A stretch of 64,000 nucleotides of DNA from Vagococcus sp. (GTDB lineage: Bacteria > Bacillota > Bacilli > Lactobacillales > Vagococcaceae): contig JBQELZ010000007.1 in NCBI GenBank assembly GCA_052104115.1, positions 28,012 to 92,011 of the forward strand, in the 5' to 3' direction. The notes under the pieces were generated by a model. The model saw only the letters and a list, made by a program, of their open reading frames with translations, was not told the DNA's origin and did not search any database. Position numbers and translations under genes: made by a program. Each line of letters starts with the position of its first letter. Position 1 is the stretch's first letter. Below, piece after piece: positions 38,333-48,145 of the stretch.

Positions 38333-39160
38333 ATGTTAGTATCAAGTAAAGAATTATTTCAACACGCACAAAAAGGAAATTTTGCTATTCCCGCACCGAA
38401 TTTTTTCAATGAACTCTCTTTAAAATCTTATATAAAGTGTGCAGAAGATAGAAATTTACCTCTATTAGTATGTTTCGCTGAAGTACATGAAGAATTTTTA
38501 GATATAGAAGAAGCTGCTGAATTAGGTAAATTCTACGCAAAAAGAGCAAATGTTCCAGTTGTTTTACATCTAGACCACGGTATGACTTATTCAACAATAA
38601 TGAAAGCGATTAAATACGGGTTTACCTCAGTTATGATTGATGCATCAAGTGACCCATTTGAAGAAAATATTCGAAAAACACAAGAAATTGTTAAAGCTGC
38701 TCATGCGGTTGATGTCGTAGTAGAAGCAGAAATTGGGCATGTAGGCGCTGGTGTAAATTATGAAAATCACGAACAAACAGATTCGATTTATACGGATGTA
38801 AATGAAGCAAAAAAATTCGTGCAATTAACAGATGTTGATTCACTAGCTATTTCAATTGGTACTGCACATGGTTCTTATAAAGGAACTCCCGTTTTAAGTT
38901 TTGATACGTTACAAGACATACGACAATCTATTGACACACCTCTTGTTCTTCATGGTGGTTCTTCTAGTGGTGATGACAACCTACATAAATGTGCAACAAG
39001 TGGTATTTCTAAAATCAATATCTTTACAGATATGATTACGAATGGCATGAAAGAAGTAAACGATAATAGCTACAATGACATTTTCGAATTGAATGACTTA
39101 TTTTCTAAAGGTTTATACAATTGTCTAGATCACTATTATGATGTTTTCAACACCAAATAA
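38333..39160 (+). CDS. Class II ketose-phosphate aldolase (FBP/TBP aldolase family)
   Basis: HLDHG, VMIDAS, EAEIGHV, AISIGTAHG, LVLHGGSS, KINIFTD. Confidence 0.88.
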   Translation: MLVSSKELFQHAQKGNFAIPAPNFFNELSLKSYIKCAEDRNLPLLVCFAEVHEEFLDIEEAAELGKFYAKRANVPVVLHLDHGMTYSTIMKAIKYGFTSVMIDASSDPFEENIRKTQEIVKAAHAVDVVVEAEIGHVGAGVNYENHEQTDSIYTDVNEAKKFVQLTDVDSLAISIGTAHGSYKGTPVLSFDTLQDIRQSIDTPLVLHGGSSSGDDNLHKCATSGISKINIFTDMITNGMKEVNDNSYNDIFELNDLFSKGLYNCLDHYYDVFNTK

Positions 39161-39177
39161 AAAGGGGGAAATAGTCA

Positions 39178-41070
39178 ATGCAATTATTTACCGTATTAAA
39201 AAAAGATTGTTTATTTTTAGATAAACAAGTGAATGATAAACTAGATCTTTATACACAAATGGCTACTATTTTAAAAGAAAAAGGAGCCATCGCTAATACT
39301 GATTTGTTTTTAAAAGCATTAGAAGATCGTGACAATCAATCACCTACAGCTATTGGGGAAGGTGTAGCTATTCCACACGGTATTTCTGACACAGTAATCA
39401 AGCCTACAGTTGTCTATTTTAGATTAAAAAATCCAATATCATACGATAGCTTAGATGGGCAACCAATTAAGCACATTTTTATGATAGCGATTCCAAACGA
39501 ATTGAGATCAAATCAAGTTAAAATACTAAGTGATATTTCTGTGCTTCTACTAGACGATTCGTTTAAACATATATTAGACCATACAAACAGTACTACGGAT
39601 ATCATTGAGTATATGGAAAAAACAATTTGTTCTGATGACAAACAACACACTCATACTTCTACCGATGTTAATAGTAAAAAGATTGTTGCTATCACATCTT
39701 GTACAACTGGTATCGCTCATACTTTTATGGCAGAAAAAGCATTGTATAACGCTGCAGAGAAACTACACATCACAATGAATGTGGAAACACAAGGTGCTGG
39801 TGGTGTTGAAAACAAACTCACTGATGAACAAATAAAACAAGCAGATGTTGTCATTTTAGCTATAGAAAAGGGAATCGATGAATCTCGATTTGCTGGCAAA
39901 GACATCTTGAAAGTTTCTCCAGGAAAAGCAATCAAAGATGGAGCGTCCGTGATAACTGATGCATTAGACAAAAAAGGGACTTATCAGATTGATGAAAAAG
40001 ATGTCAATCACTCCACCTCTATTGATAATTCTCAAGGAAATAAAACCAAATCATTCTATCAACATATGTTAAGTGGTGTCTCTTACATGATTCCTATTGT
40101 TGTTGCTGGTGGTATTTTAATAGCTCTATCATTTTCTTTTGGTATCACTGCATTTGAGAATGAAGGGTCACTACCATGGGCACTATTCCAAATTGGTAGT
40201 GTATCAGCATTTTCATTGATGTTCCCAGTCTTAGCCGGATTTATCGCTTATGATATCGCTGATAAACCAGGTTTTGCACCAGGTATTATCGCTGGTTTCG
40301 TAGCCAGTAATACAGGTTCTGGATTTTTTGGTGCATTAGTTGCTGGTTATTTAGCTGGTTATCTAGCCTTGCTTATTAACAAAAAAATGCCTTTTCCAAA
40401 AAGTATACAAGGTTTAAAGACAATTGTATTTATTCCCGTTGTTACAACTCTTCTTGTTGGGCTATTTACTATATTTGTTGTTGGAAAACCAATAGCTGCT
40501 CTACAAGATGTTATCATGAATTTCTTATCCACCCTATCATCAAATAATGCTGGAATCGTTATTCTATCATTAGTTTTCAGCTTACTTTACTTTGATTTAG
40601 GTGGACCTATTTCAAAAATGGTCTATTCATTTGGACTTGCTGCTCTAGCAGAAAATATTTATGGCCCAATGGGAGCTATTATGGTCATCGGTATGGTCCC
40701 TCCAATCGGCATGGCTATTGCAACAATGCTACGACCTAACTTATTTGACTTAGAAGAAAGAGAAGCTGGTAAAACTGCTCTTGTTTTAGGTATGAGCTTC
40801 ATTACAGAAGGTGCTATCCCATTCTTAATAGCAAAACCTAAAAGCTCTATTCCTTCATTTATGATAGGTGGTTTTGTAGGATCATTAACAGCCTTTACAC
40901 TAGGTTTAGAAATTACTGCGCCGCATGGTGGTCTATTCTTAGCATTAATACCAAATGCAGTCAATAATGTATTTTATTTCTTAATTTCTCTATTAGCTGG
41001 TGGATTTGCCTGTGCTCTATCAATGATTATATTAACTACAAAATTCAATAAAACCTCTAAATTAAAATAG
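39178..41070 (+). CDS. Fructose/mannitol-family PTS EIIABC
   Basis: IIA GVAIPHG, IIB CTTGIAHTFMAE...ETQG, IIC GVSYMIP...DLGGP..K...EGAIPF. Confidence 0.93.
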   Translation: MQLFTVLKKDCLFLDKQVNDKLDLYTQMATILKEKGAIANTDLFLKALEDRDNQSPTAIGEGVAIPHGISDTVIKPTVVYFRLKNPISYDSLDGQPIKHIFMIAIPNELRSNQVKILSDISVLLLDDSFKHILDHTNSTTDIIEYMEKTICSDDKQHTHTSTDVNSKKIVAITSCTTGIAHTFMAEKALYNAAEKLHITMNVETQGAGGVENKLTDEQIKQADVVILAIEKGIDESRFAGKDILKVSPGKAIKDGASVITDALDKKGTYQIDEKDVNHSTSIDNSQGNKTKSFYQHMLSGVSYMIPIVVAGGILIALSFSFGITAFENEGSLPWALFQIGSVSAFSLMFPVLAGFIAYDIADKPGFAPGIIAGFVASNTGSGFFGALVAGYLAGYLALLINKKMPFPKSIQGLKTIVFIPVVTTLLVGLFTIFVVGKPIAALQDVIMNFLSTLSSNNAGIVILSLVFSLLYFDLGGPISKMVYSFGLAALAENIYGPMGAIMVIGMVPPIGMAIATMLRPNLFDLEEREAGKTALVLGMSFITEGAIPFLIAKPKSSIPSFMIGGFVGSLTAFTLGLEITAPHGGLFLALIPNAVNNVFYFLISLLAGGFACALSMIILTTKFNKTSKLK

Positions 41071-41083
41071 TCCACATTTTCAA

Positions 41084-41120
41084 GAGTATTCATTGTTAAA
41101 CTGTGAATACTCTTTTTTAG
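41084..41120 (+). terminator. Intrinsic terminator after the PTS gene
   Basis: AAGAGTATTCA-TTGTTAAACTG-TGAATACTCTT followed by T residues. Confidence 0.8.
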
Positions 41121-41184
41121 TCTAGATTTTTCCATTCTTTCTTTACCTTTTCTTAAGTTTCACAGTGTATACTTAAAGTAATCA

Positions 41185-41267
41185 GTGGATGAACATGGTT
41201 TTATGACTTATATAAGATGTGACAGTTTATCCTATATCAGGTGTAGGTTCGAATCCTACCTTCCACG
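41185..41267 (+). ncRNA. tRNA-like RNA / pseudo-tRNA
   Basis: Acceptor GTGGATG/CTTCCAC (6 of 7 pairs), discriminator G, perfect T-arm GTAGG-TTCGAAT-CCTAC, miniature D-arm CAT-GGTTTT-ATG, about 12-bp central stem in place of the 5-bp anticodon stem. Confidence 0.7.
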
Positions 41268-41269
41268 TA

Positions 41270-41308
41270 AAAAAACGCCCCTTCCTTTTAGGAAGAGGCA
41301 TTTTTTAT
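41270..41308. terminator. Bidirectional terminator after the tRNA-like RNA
   Basis: AAAAAAC-GCCCCTTCCT-TTT-AGGAAGAGGC-ATTTTTT. Confidence 0.8.
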
Positions 41309-42549
41309 TTAGAAAATCTAAGCGCATCTTTAAAGACTTGCATCATACTCTTATCACTATAAATAAGGACTGTTGATTTGTAAACTTTTGCAGATAATTT
41401 CAAAAGTAATACAATACTAATCACAAGAACCCCTAATGATAATAATACTTCCATACTGGTCGCTTCACTATTCGCAATTCTCATTGGCATAGAAAAAGAT
41501 GAAAAGAATGGTACAAACGAAAAGACCTTAATCAATATGCTTTGCGGATTAGATAATCCAATCATCATGCTTGGCAGAGAGGCTAGTACAATTAAATAAG
41601 TGACTGGTGCAACAGCTTTTGGCGCATCCTCTGCCTTACTCACAAGAGAGCCCATAAATGCAGATAAAATAGTATAAATCAAGACGCCAAATAATAAAAA
41701 TAATAAATTGTATCCAAGTAATCCATTCAGCAATTCCTTCAAGGAGACTTCTTGTAGAAACGATTGAACCATGTCCATATCTTTTGCAAAGGCATATCCA
41801 ACAATTCCAGATACCAGATAAATACTTACCTGCGTCAGAATCACTAAGAAAATCCCCATTATTTTACCATAAAAATGTTTGGCTGCTGTTGTACTAGATA
41901 ATATCACTTCCATAATACGCGGTCCTTTTTCTGATGCCACTTCTTGCGCTGTAATGGAGGAATACAGCATCACGATCATGTACATGGCTAAAACAATAAA
42001 GAAACCTACCATTGTTAGTGCCGCGCGATTGCTTTTATTATCAACCATATGTCCTTTATCAAACTCAACTTGTCTTTCTTTCAACGTTGCTGTCGCAAAT
42101 AGCGTGTTCATTTCTTCTTGACTTAAATCCATCGTCTGACTATTTAAAGACAATTGAATGCTATTTAAATAGGTCTGAATGGTTTGGTTATCGGTTGTCC
42201 CCAATGTTTTCTCTCCAACATAATTACCAGATAACTCTTTTCCTTCTTGCTTGATAACAAGATAACCATCAATATCTCCCGCTTCTAAAGCAGCAATTGC
42301 CTGTTTTTCAGATGTTATTTTTTTATTAATCTCAAAAGACGATTCTGCTTGTTTTAAGAAATCCGATCGAATAGATGTATTTTCACTAATGACAGAAATT
42401 TCATTTAGACTATCAAATTTACTACCAAAATAAACGCCACCTAACGATAAGCCAATCATTAAAAATGGTGCGAGTACCATCATCACAAAACTGACTGATT
42501 TAACATGTTTTTTATATGTTTCTAACGTGACTACCCAAAATTTATTCAT
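41305..42549 (-). CDS. ABC-2 type exporter permease (NatB/YhaP-like)
   Basis: MNKFWVVTLETYKKHVKS..F, EVASEKG.RIMEVILSS, GK..G, FVPFFSSF.MP.R. Confidence 0.88.
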   Translation of the reverse strand: MNKFWVVTLETYKKHVKSVSFVMMVLAPFLMIGLSLGGVYFGSKFDSLNEISVISENTSIRSDFLKQAESSFEINKKITSEKQAIAALEAGDIDGYLVIKQEGKELSGNYVGEKTLGTTDNQTIQTYLNSIQLSLNSQTMDLSQEEMNTLFATATLKERQVEFDKGHMVDNKSNRAALTMVGFFIVLAMYMIVMLYSSITAQEVASEKGPRIMEVILSSTTAAKHFYGKIMGIFLVILTQVSIYLVSGIVGYAFAKDMDMVQSFLQEVSLKELLNGLLGYNLLFLLFGVLIYTILSAFMGSLVSKAEDAPKAVAPVTYLIVLASLPSMMIGLSNPQSILIKVFSFVPFFSSFSMPMRIANSEATSMEVLLSLGVLVISIVLLLKLSAKVYKSTVLIYSDKSMMQVFKDALRFSK

Positions 42550-43444
42550 GTGTTTCACCTACTTTCATTTTAAATATTTCCTCAAGAGTAGGTGGTTGCT
42601 GATTAAAAATTGGCAGATAATTAGTCATCTGTAACGCTTTTTTAAAGACTATTTCCCCAGCTTTCTCTGAGTTTAACTGTACCTGATACACATGTGCTCT
42701 TTTTTCCTCAACCTGACTGACCCCTTCAATATCCAGTAACTCATCTTTCGTTAAAGCTGTTTCTATATCAAGATATGTTCGCCCAAATGACTCTCTGATT
42801 GACTGCACTGTACCATCTAATACCATTTTTCCATGACGTAACATCACCAAATGATCACATATTTTTTCGACATTTTCCATATTATGACTTGAAAAAATAA
42901 CGCAAGAGCCTTGTTCTTTCAACTCAATAATACCTTTCTTTAATAACTCCGCATTCACTGGATCCAACCCACTAAATGGTTCATCCAAAATGACTAATTT
43001 AGGTTGATGGATAAGTGTCGCAATTAATTGAACTTTTTGTTGATTTCCTTTAGATAATGATTTAACTTTATCTGTTTTCTTTCCTTTTACCTCAAATTTT
43101 TCCATCCAATGGTCAATTAAAGGGACAATTTCTTTTTTAGTCTTACCTCTGAGACGTCCAAAATAAATCAATTGATTTTCTATCGTCACTTTTGGATAGA
43201 GTCCTCTTTCTTCCGGTAAGTAACCAATCTTATTGTAATCTTTTTCAGTGATGGGGTTACCATTCCATAAAATACTTCCTTTATCTTGCTCTAAAAAATC
43301 TAGAATCAAACGAAAAGTAGTTGATTTACCTGCCCCATTTTGTCCAATTAATCCTAATATTTTTCCATCTGGAATGTCAAACGATACATTATCCACAGCA
43401 GTCATGCTGCCAAATGTTTTAGTTAAGTTTTTCACTTCTAGCAT
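42542..43444 (-). CDS. ABC exporter ATP-binding subunit (NatA/YhaQ-like)
   Basis: GQNGAGKSTT, LSKGNQQK, LDEPFSGLDP, SSH; C-terminal PTLEEIF. Confidence 0.93.
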   Translation of the reverse strand: MLEVKNLTKTFGSMTAVDNVSFDIPDGKILGLIGQNGAGKSTTFRLILDFLEQDKGSILWNGNPITEKDYNKIGYLPEERGLYPKVTIENQLIYFGRLRGKTKKEIVPLIDHWMEKFEVKGKKTDKVKSLSKGNQQKVQLIATLIHQPKLVILDEPFSGLDPVNAELLKKGIIELKEQGSCVIFSSHNMENVEKICDHLVMLRHGKMVLDGTVQSIRESFGRTYLDIETALTKDELLDIEGVSQVEEKRAHVYQVQLNSEKAGEIVFKKALQMTNYLPIFNQQPPTLEEIFKMKVGETHE

Positions 43445-43458
43445 CCGCTTTTTCCTCC

Positions 43459-44151
43459 TTAGTAACCACTTATTAAACCAAATACGACACCTGTTAAGGC
43501 GCCAATGATACCACCCATTATCATTGAAATCACTATGTCTCGACCAAATATTTGGCGTTTAGCATAGATATCAGGATGATTATAAAAGCTTTTTCTTTTT
43601 GGGTAAATCGCCTTATAATAAATAATCAAACTCACTCCCAACAAGGGCATCAATAAAGCTACCGTACCTATCACGTAACTGAATTCCAGAAAAACTGGTT
43701 TTCCTTCAAAGAAACTCCTTACTGCTTCTAGTTTAAGGAGCCATAAAAGACCTATCCCAAATAAAAAAGAGAATCCTGTATTCTTTAAAAACCAACTGTA
43801 TTCTTTTTTTATCCGTATGCCATATGTTTCTTCATCCGTATAAACACTTGGCGTGTGAAGAGGTGCTTTAAAAAAGATATACTTTTGTCTATAACACGTG
43901 ATTGGTTCCCAAGATGCCAGTTGAAATAATTCTAAATAATCTTCTTTTTCAGTATTTTTACCTGAGTAAAAATCAATTGTCACTTCACATTCTTCTGGCT
44001 CACTTTTTCTTAATCGGTAGAATCCAGCCCAACTAACTTTTTCTAGTGCCCAACCTTTTCTAGCTTCTTCTTTCAATCTAATCGCCTCTAATTCAGGATA
44101 AAAAGCTAAGCCTTTAGAGAGTATATATTTTTTATTCTTCCATTCCATCAT
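43459..44151 (-). CDS. DUF2812-domain membrane protein
   Basis: L.EEARKGW.L..V...YRL.KSEP......IDF...EDYL.LF..ASWE pattern, then TM helices; typical PadR partner. Confidence 0.75.
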   Translation of the reverse strand: MMEWKNKKYILSKGLAFYPELEAIRLKEEARKGWALEKVSWAGFYRLRKSEPEECEVTIDFYSGKNTEKEDYLELFQLASWEPITCYRQKYIFFKAPLHTPSVYTDEETYGIRIKKEYSWFLKNTGFSFLFGIGLLWLLKLEAVRSFFEGKPVFLEFSYVIGTVALLMPLLGVSLIIYYKAIYPKRKSFYNHPDIYAKRQIFGRDIVISMIMGGIIGALTGVVFGLISGY

Positions 44152-44460
44152 ATGTCACTCCTTTTTCAGCAAGTCTATTTTTTCCTGCTAGATAAAAAAG
44201 GTGTCTCCTTTTTACATCTTGTCGTAATATTTCAATACCCAATTCAGTAATTTCATATATTTTTTTCCTATCATCGTCTTGCTTTAATACAACCCACTCA
44301 TTTTTTTCTATTTTTTTCAAAATCGTATACATACTCGCCGGGCCAATGGTTACTTTCCCATTGGTCATGTCAGATATCTCTTTCATAATGGCATAGCCAT
44401 GTTTTGTTCTAACAATGCAAGTAAAATCAGATAGTTCGAATCCGTCAACGGCGTTTCCAT
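44132..44460 (-). pseudogene. PadR-family repressor with a -1 frameshift
   Basis: ATG 44460 gives METPLTDSNYLILLALLEQ; one missing base near 44402-44405 disconnects it from HGYAIMKEISDMT...GPASMYTILKK. Restored length 109 aa. Confidence 0.82.
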
Positions 44461-44481
44461 ACTCTTCACCCCTTAAAAAAC

Positions 44482-44516
44482 TATATCACCATGCGATATA
44501 TCATTAAGTGATATAT
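44482..44516. promoter_or_regulatory. Tandem PadR-type operators
   Basis: TATATCA-N5-CGATATA (44482-44500) overlapping the perfect ATATATCA-N5-TGATATAT (44496-44516), upstream of padR. Confidence 0.65.
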
Positions 44517-44580
44517 TATCAATCTTTCTTCTTCACGTCAATATTTTTAGACAAAAAAAAACAGTCATATGACTGTTTTT

Positions 44581-45786
44581 TTAGCGATAATAATCGTAAC
44601 GTCCTTTTTTCAACAACGTTCTTGTATTTCCAACTTCTAATAACGATTTATTAATAATATTTTTCTTCATAATAGATCCCATGTATCCTTTAACTTCTTT
44701 GCCCATAACGTTACCAATACCCACGTTATTACCAATTGAAGCTACTGTACCTAGTGGTTTAAAGTCAAATGCTTCTGTTGCTTCATTAGACAAAACAGAT
44801 GCCAAATGATTCCCCACATATTCACCTTGTTTTACAGCGATTTGAGCTGTTGTTGGGAATGGTCTGCCAGACTCTGTATCCATAACAGCACTCACGTCAC
44901 CAATCATATAAATTTCAGGATGCTCAGCAACTGTTAAATCTGGTTCAACCATTACACGACCACGACGTTCAGCGAAGCCTGATGTTCCAACAACTGTACT
45001 TCCTTTGACTCCTGTTGTCCAAATGACAGTGTTTGCTTTCACTTCTTTTAACTCACCGTCTTCTTCGTATACAACAGCTTGTTCTTTAATTTCTTTGATT
45101 GGTGTCCCTACTTTAAATTCCACACCACGTTTTTTTAATACGTCAATACCATATGCTCCTAATTTTTCAGAGAACATTGGTAATAATGTTGGCATTGCTT
45201 CAATACATGTAATCTTAACTTTATCTTCTGGGAAGTTCATTTTACTTGCTAACTTTGGAATACGATTCGTAATTTCACCTAAATATTCAATACTTGTGAA
45301 ACCCGCACCACAAACAACAATAGATAAATCTAACTCATCTTTTGAAGCTTGATAGTTCGCTAATGTATCATCTAAATGTTTTTTAGCTGCTTCAGCTGTT
45401 ACAATATTAACTAATGGCCAAGAGTAATCGTCCACACCAGGGATACCAAATGTCTCTGATTCAAAGCCTAAAGCAATTACTAAATAATCATATGTTAATT
45501 CACCAGTTTTTTCTAATGTCACTACTTTTTTGTCTTTATCAATTAGAGTCACAGTATCTTTAACAAACGTTACTTTCTTTTCATCTAACACATCAACAAT
45601 ATTAAATGTTATCTTTCCAGCAGGTTCTGTTCCTGCAGCAACTTCGTGTAATTGTGTTGATTCATAATGATAATCATTTTTATTCACCAAAATAATTTCA
45701 GCATCAACATTCTTCTTTTGTAATTGTTTAATTGTTTTTAAACCAGCATATCCGGCTCCTAAAACAACAATTTTAGGTTTATTCAT
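44581..45786 (-). CDS. ndh: Type II NADH:quinone oxidoreductase
   Basis: VVLGAGYAG (FAD site), VCGAGFTSIE (NADH site), WTTGVKG, IGD...PTTAQIA. Start at MNKPK behind GGAGG. Confidence 0.88.
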   Translation of the reverse strand: MNKPKIVVLGAGYAGLKTIKQLQKKNVDAEIILVNKNDYHYESTQLHEVAAGTEPAGKITFNIVDVLDEKKVTFVKDTVTLIDKDKKVVTLEKTGELTYDYLVIALGFESETFGIPGVDDYSWPLVNIVTAEAAKKHLDDTLANYQASKDELDLSIVVCGAGFTSIEYLGEITNRIPKLASKMNFPEDKVKITCIEAMPTLLPMFSEKLGAYGIDVLKKRGVEFKVGTPIKEIKEQAVVYEEDGELKEVKANTVIWTTGVKGSTVVGTSGFAERRGRVMVEPDLTVAEHPEIYMIGDVSAVMDTESGRPFPTTAQIAVKQGEYVGNHLASVLSNEATEAFDFKPLGTVASIGNNVGIGNVMGKEVKGYMGSIMKKNIINKSLLEVGNTRTLLKKGRYDYYR

Positions 45787-45820
45787 TTTACAAGTTCCCT
45801 CCAAAAATATTATCACTGTA

Positions 45821-45849
45821 ACTATAGATTTATTTCACAAAATTGTCAA
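45821..45849 (-). promoter_or_regulatory. ndh promoter with a Rex-like box
   Basis: TTGACA-N17-TATAGT; the spacer overlaps TTGTGAAATAAATCTATA (Rex consensus TTGTGAA-N4-TTCACAA, one strong half-site). Confidence 0.55.
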
Positions 45850-45891
45850 TTAATTAAGACTACAGCTTGATAATTTTCAGAAATAAATCAC

Positions 45892-46194
45892 TTAGCTACG
45901 TTTTTCTTTAAATATACGACCAAAATACCAAATACTAACACCATTGACTAAACTTACAAATGCACCATAAATCAACAAATGATTTACGAATTTACCACGT
46001 GACAAACCAAATGCGTTTAACTGAATAAGAATAATTGCTAAACCTAGCAGATAAGCGCTCATTGTTATTTGACTTGCATTCGCTAATACCTTTTGTCCAT
46101 AGTCTGAATTTTTATAACTCATCACTTTTTTGTAATAATAAAACATGCAACTCAAAATAATAACAATAGTAATAATATTAATGATTAATCTCAT
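45892..46194 (-). CDS. Small hypothetical membrane protein
   Basis: 100 aa, three hydrophobic segments, GGAG RBS. Confidence 0.65.
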   Translation of the reverse strand: MRLIINIITIVIILSCMFYYYKKVMSYKNSDYGQKVLANASQITMSAYLLGLAIILIQLNAFGLSRGKFVNHLLIYGAFVSLVNGVSIWYFGRIFKEKRS

Positions 46195-46265
46195 TAAACC
46201 TATCTCCCTTAAAATTAAAATTTAAAAAATGCTTGTTAAATTGTACCACTTTTTTATTCGTTTGC

Positions 46266-48047
46266 CTATTCAATAGGTTGGTTAAAGTGATCAAAAATAT
46301 TACGCGCTACGTGTTTTGGCATACCTATTTCTATTAATTCCTCTAGTGTTGCAGCTTGAATATTTTTAACGGATTTGAATGTTTTCAATAATTCTTTTTT
46401 TCTCTTTGGACCTAATCCTTCTATACCATCTAGCTTTGATGCAAAGCTACTTTTACTTCTAGTTGCTCGGTGAAATGTAATTGCAAATCGATGCACTTCA
46501 TCTTGAATGCGTTGCAACAAGAAGAATTCAGATGAATTACGCTTTAATGGTACAATCTCTAATTCTGGTCCAAACAGTAATTCACTTGTTTTATGCTTGT
46601 CATTTTTAGCCAGACCTGCAATCGGTATATCCAGTCCAAGCTGATTATCGAGTACATCTTGTGCAGCATGCACTTGTCCCTTACCGCCATCAATCAAAAT
46701 CAAATCTGGTAGTGGTAAATTCTCTTTTAACACTCGTGAATAACGTCTATAAATAACTTCTTTCATTGACGCGTAGTCGTCTGGACCATTCACTGTTTTA
46801 ATTTTAAATTTTCGATAGTTTTTTTTATTTGGTTTTCCGTCAATGTAGACAACCATTGCAGATACCGGATCTGTTCCCATGATGTTAGAGTTATCAAAGG
46901 CTTCTATTCGCATCGGCGTTGGTATTCCCATTGCGTGTCCTAATTTTTCTGTTGCTCCAACAGTCCGTTCTTGCTTACGCTCGATTAAATCAAACTGTTC
47001 CGCCAAATAGATTCTGGCGTTTTTATTGGCTAATTCAACTAGCTTTTTCTTTTCCCCTCTTTGTGGCTGAAGGACTTTTGTTTGCACAATAGCTTCTACA
47101 TCTGCTTTTTCAATGTCACTTGGTATAAGGACTTCCTTTGGGATGAAATGTTGGTTTTCTTGATAAAATTGACCGATAAATGTTAAAAAATCTTCTTCTG
47201 CTTCTTTGTAAAACGGAAAATCAAACACACTTCTTTCAATTAGCTTTCCTTGTCTGACAAAAAAGACTTGTACAACCATCCATCCTTTGTCTGCAGAGTA
47301 GCCAAAGACATCTCTGTCTATAAAATCAGCATTCGTCATTTTTTGTTTGGTCATGACGGATTGGATGGCTTGAATTTGATCACGGTATTCAGCTGCTTTT
47401 TCAAATTCCATGTTCTCAGCTGCTTTTTCCATCTTTTCTTCAATTTCTTTTTGTACCCCCATATAGCCACCATTTAAAAAGTGTTTGATTTCCTCAACCA
47501 TTTGTTTGTACTGCGCTTCCACTACAGGGTTCACACATGGACCTAAGCACTGTCCCATATGGTAGTATAAACACACTTCATTTGGTAAGTTTTTACATTT
47601 TCTAAGCGGATACATTCGGTCCAATAATCGTTTTGTTTCATTGGCTGCTTTTACATCTGGATAAGGGCCAAAATAAATGGCGTGATCTTTCAAGACTTTT
47701 CGAGTGATAAGTAAACGAGGCGCTTTTTCATTTGTGATTTTAATAAATGGATAGGACTTATCGTCTTTTAACATAATGTTATACTTTGGCATGTTTTTTT
47801 GAATTAAATTAATCTCTAAAAGCAATGCTTCCGTATTTGACTCAGTCACTATGTATTCAAAATCAACAATTTCACTGACCAATCGTTCTGTTTTTGTATC
47901 ATGACTACCTGTAAAATATGATCTCACTCTATTTTTTAATATCTTCGCTTTTCCAACATAGATAATCGTCTGGTCTTTATCTTTCATCAAATAACATCCT
48001 GGTTGATCCGGTAATAATGCTAGTTTGTGTTTCACTCGTTCGTTCAT
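46266..48047 (-). CDS. uvrC: Excinuclease ABC subunit C
   Basis: PGCYLM...[16 protein letters not shown] (GIY-YIG), UVR domain, [25 protein letters not shown], HhH. Confidence 0.98.
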   Translation of the reverse strand: MNERVKHKLALLPDQPGCYLMKDKDQTIIYVGKAKILKNRVRSYFTGSHDTKTERLVSEIVDFEYIVTESNTEALLLEINLIQKNMPKYNIMLKDDKSYPFIKITNEKAPRLLITRKVLKDHAIYFGPYPDVKAANETKRLLDRMYPLRKCKNLPNEVCLYYHMGQCLGPCVNPVVEAQYKQMVEEIKHFLNGGYMGVQKEIEEKMEKAAENMEFEKAAEYRDQIQAIQSVMTKQKMTNADFIDRDVFGYSADKGWMVVQVFFVRQGKLIERSVFDFPFYKEAEEDFLTFIGQFYQENQHFIPKEVLIPSDIEKADVEAIVQTKVLQPQRGEKKKLVELANKNARIYLAEQFDLIERKQERTVGATEKLGHAMGIPTPMRIEAFDNSNIMGTDPVSAMVVYIDGKPNKKNYRKFKIKTVNGPDDYASMKEVIYRRYSRVLKENLPLPDLILIDGGKGQVHAAQDVLDNQLGLDIPIAGLAKNDKHKTSELLFGPELEIVPLKRNSSEFFLLQRIQDEVHRFAITFHRATRSKSSFASKLDGIEGLGPKRKKELLKTFKSVKNIQAATLEELIEIGMPKHVARNIFDHFNQPIE

Positions 48048-48145
48048 TCAAATCCCCACTTTTGTCACGTTGTGTCTTTTATTATACCATCTCTAACAAA
48101 AAAATATCGTCCAAAGGGCTTAAATCCTTTGAACGATAGTCTTTT

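Noticed and set aside
41243-41267. tRNA 3' fragment as an integration (att) scar for the PTS cluster
   Set aside because: The matching 5' acceptor strand is present, no second copy exists in the window and there is no integrase.
41185-41376. 63-aa plus-strand ORF in the track
   Set aside because: No RBS; it crosses a terminator and overlaps the convergent permease. The sequence is better explained by the tRNA-like fold.
45872-45886. CodY-like box AATTTTCAGAAATAA
   Set aside because: Three mismatches to AATTTTCWGAAAATT in AT-rich sequence; not distinguishable from chance.
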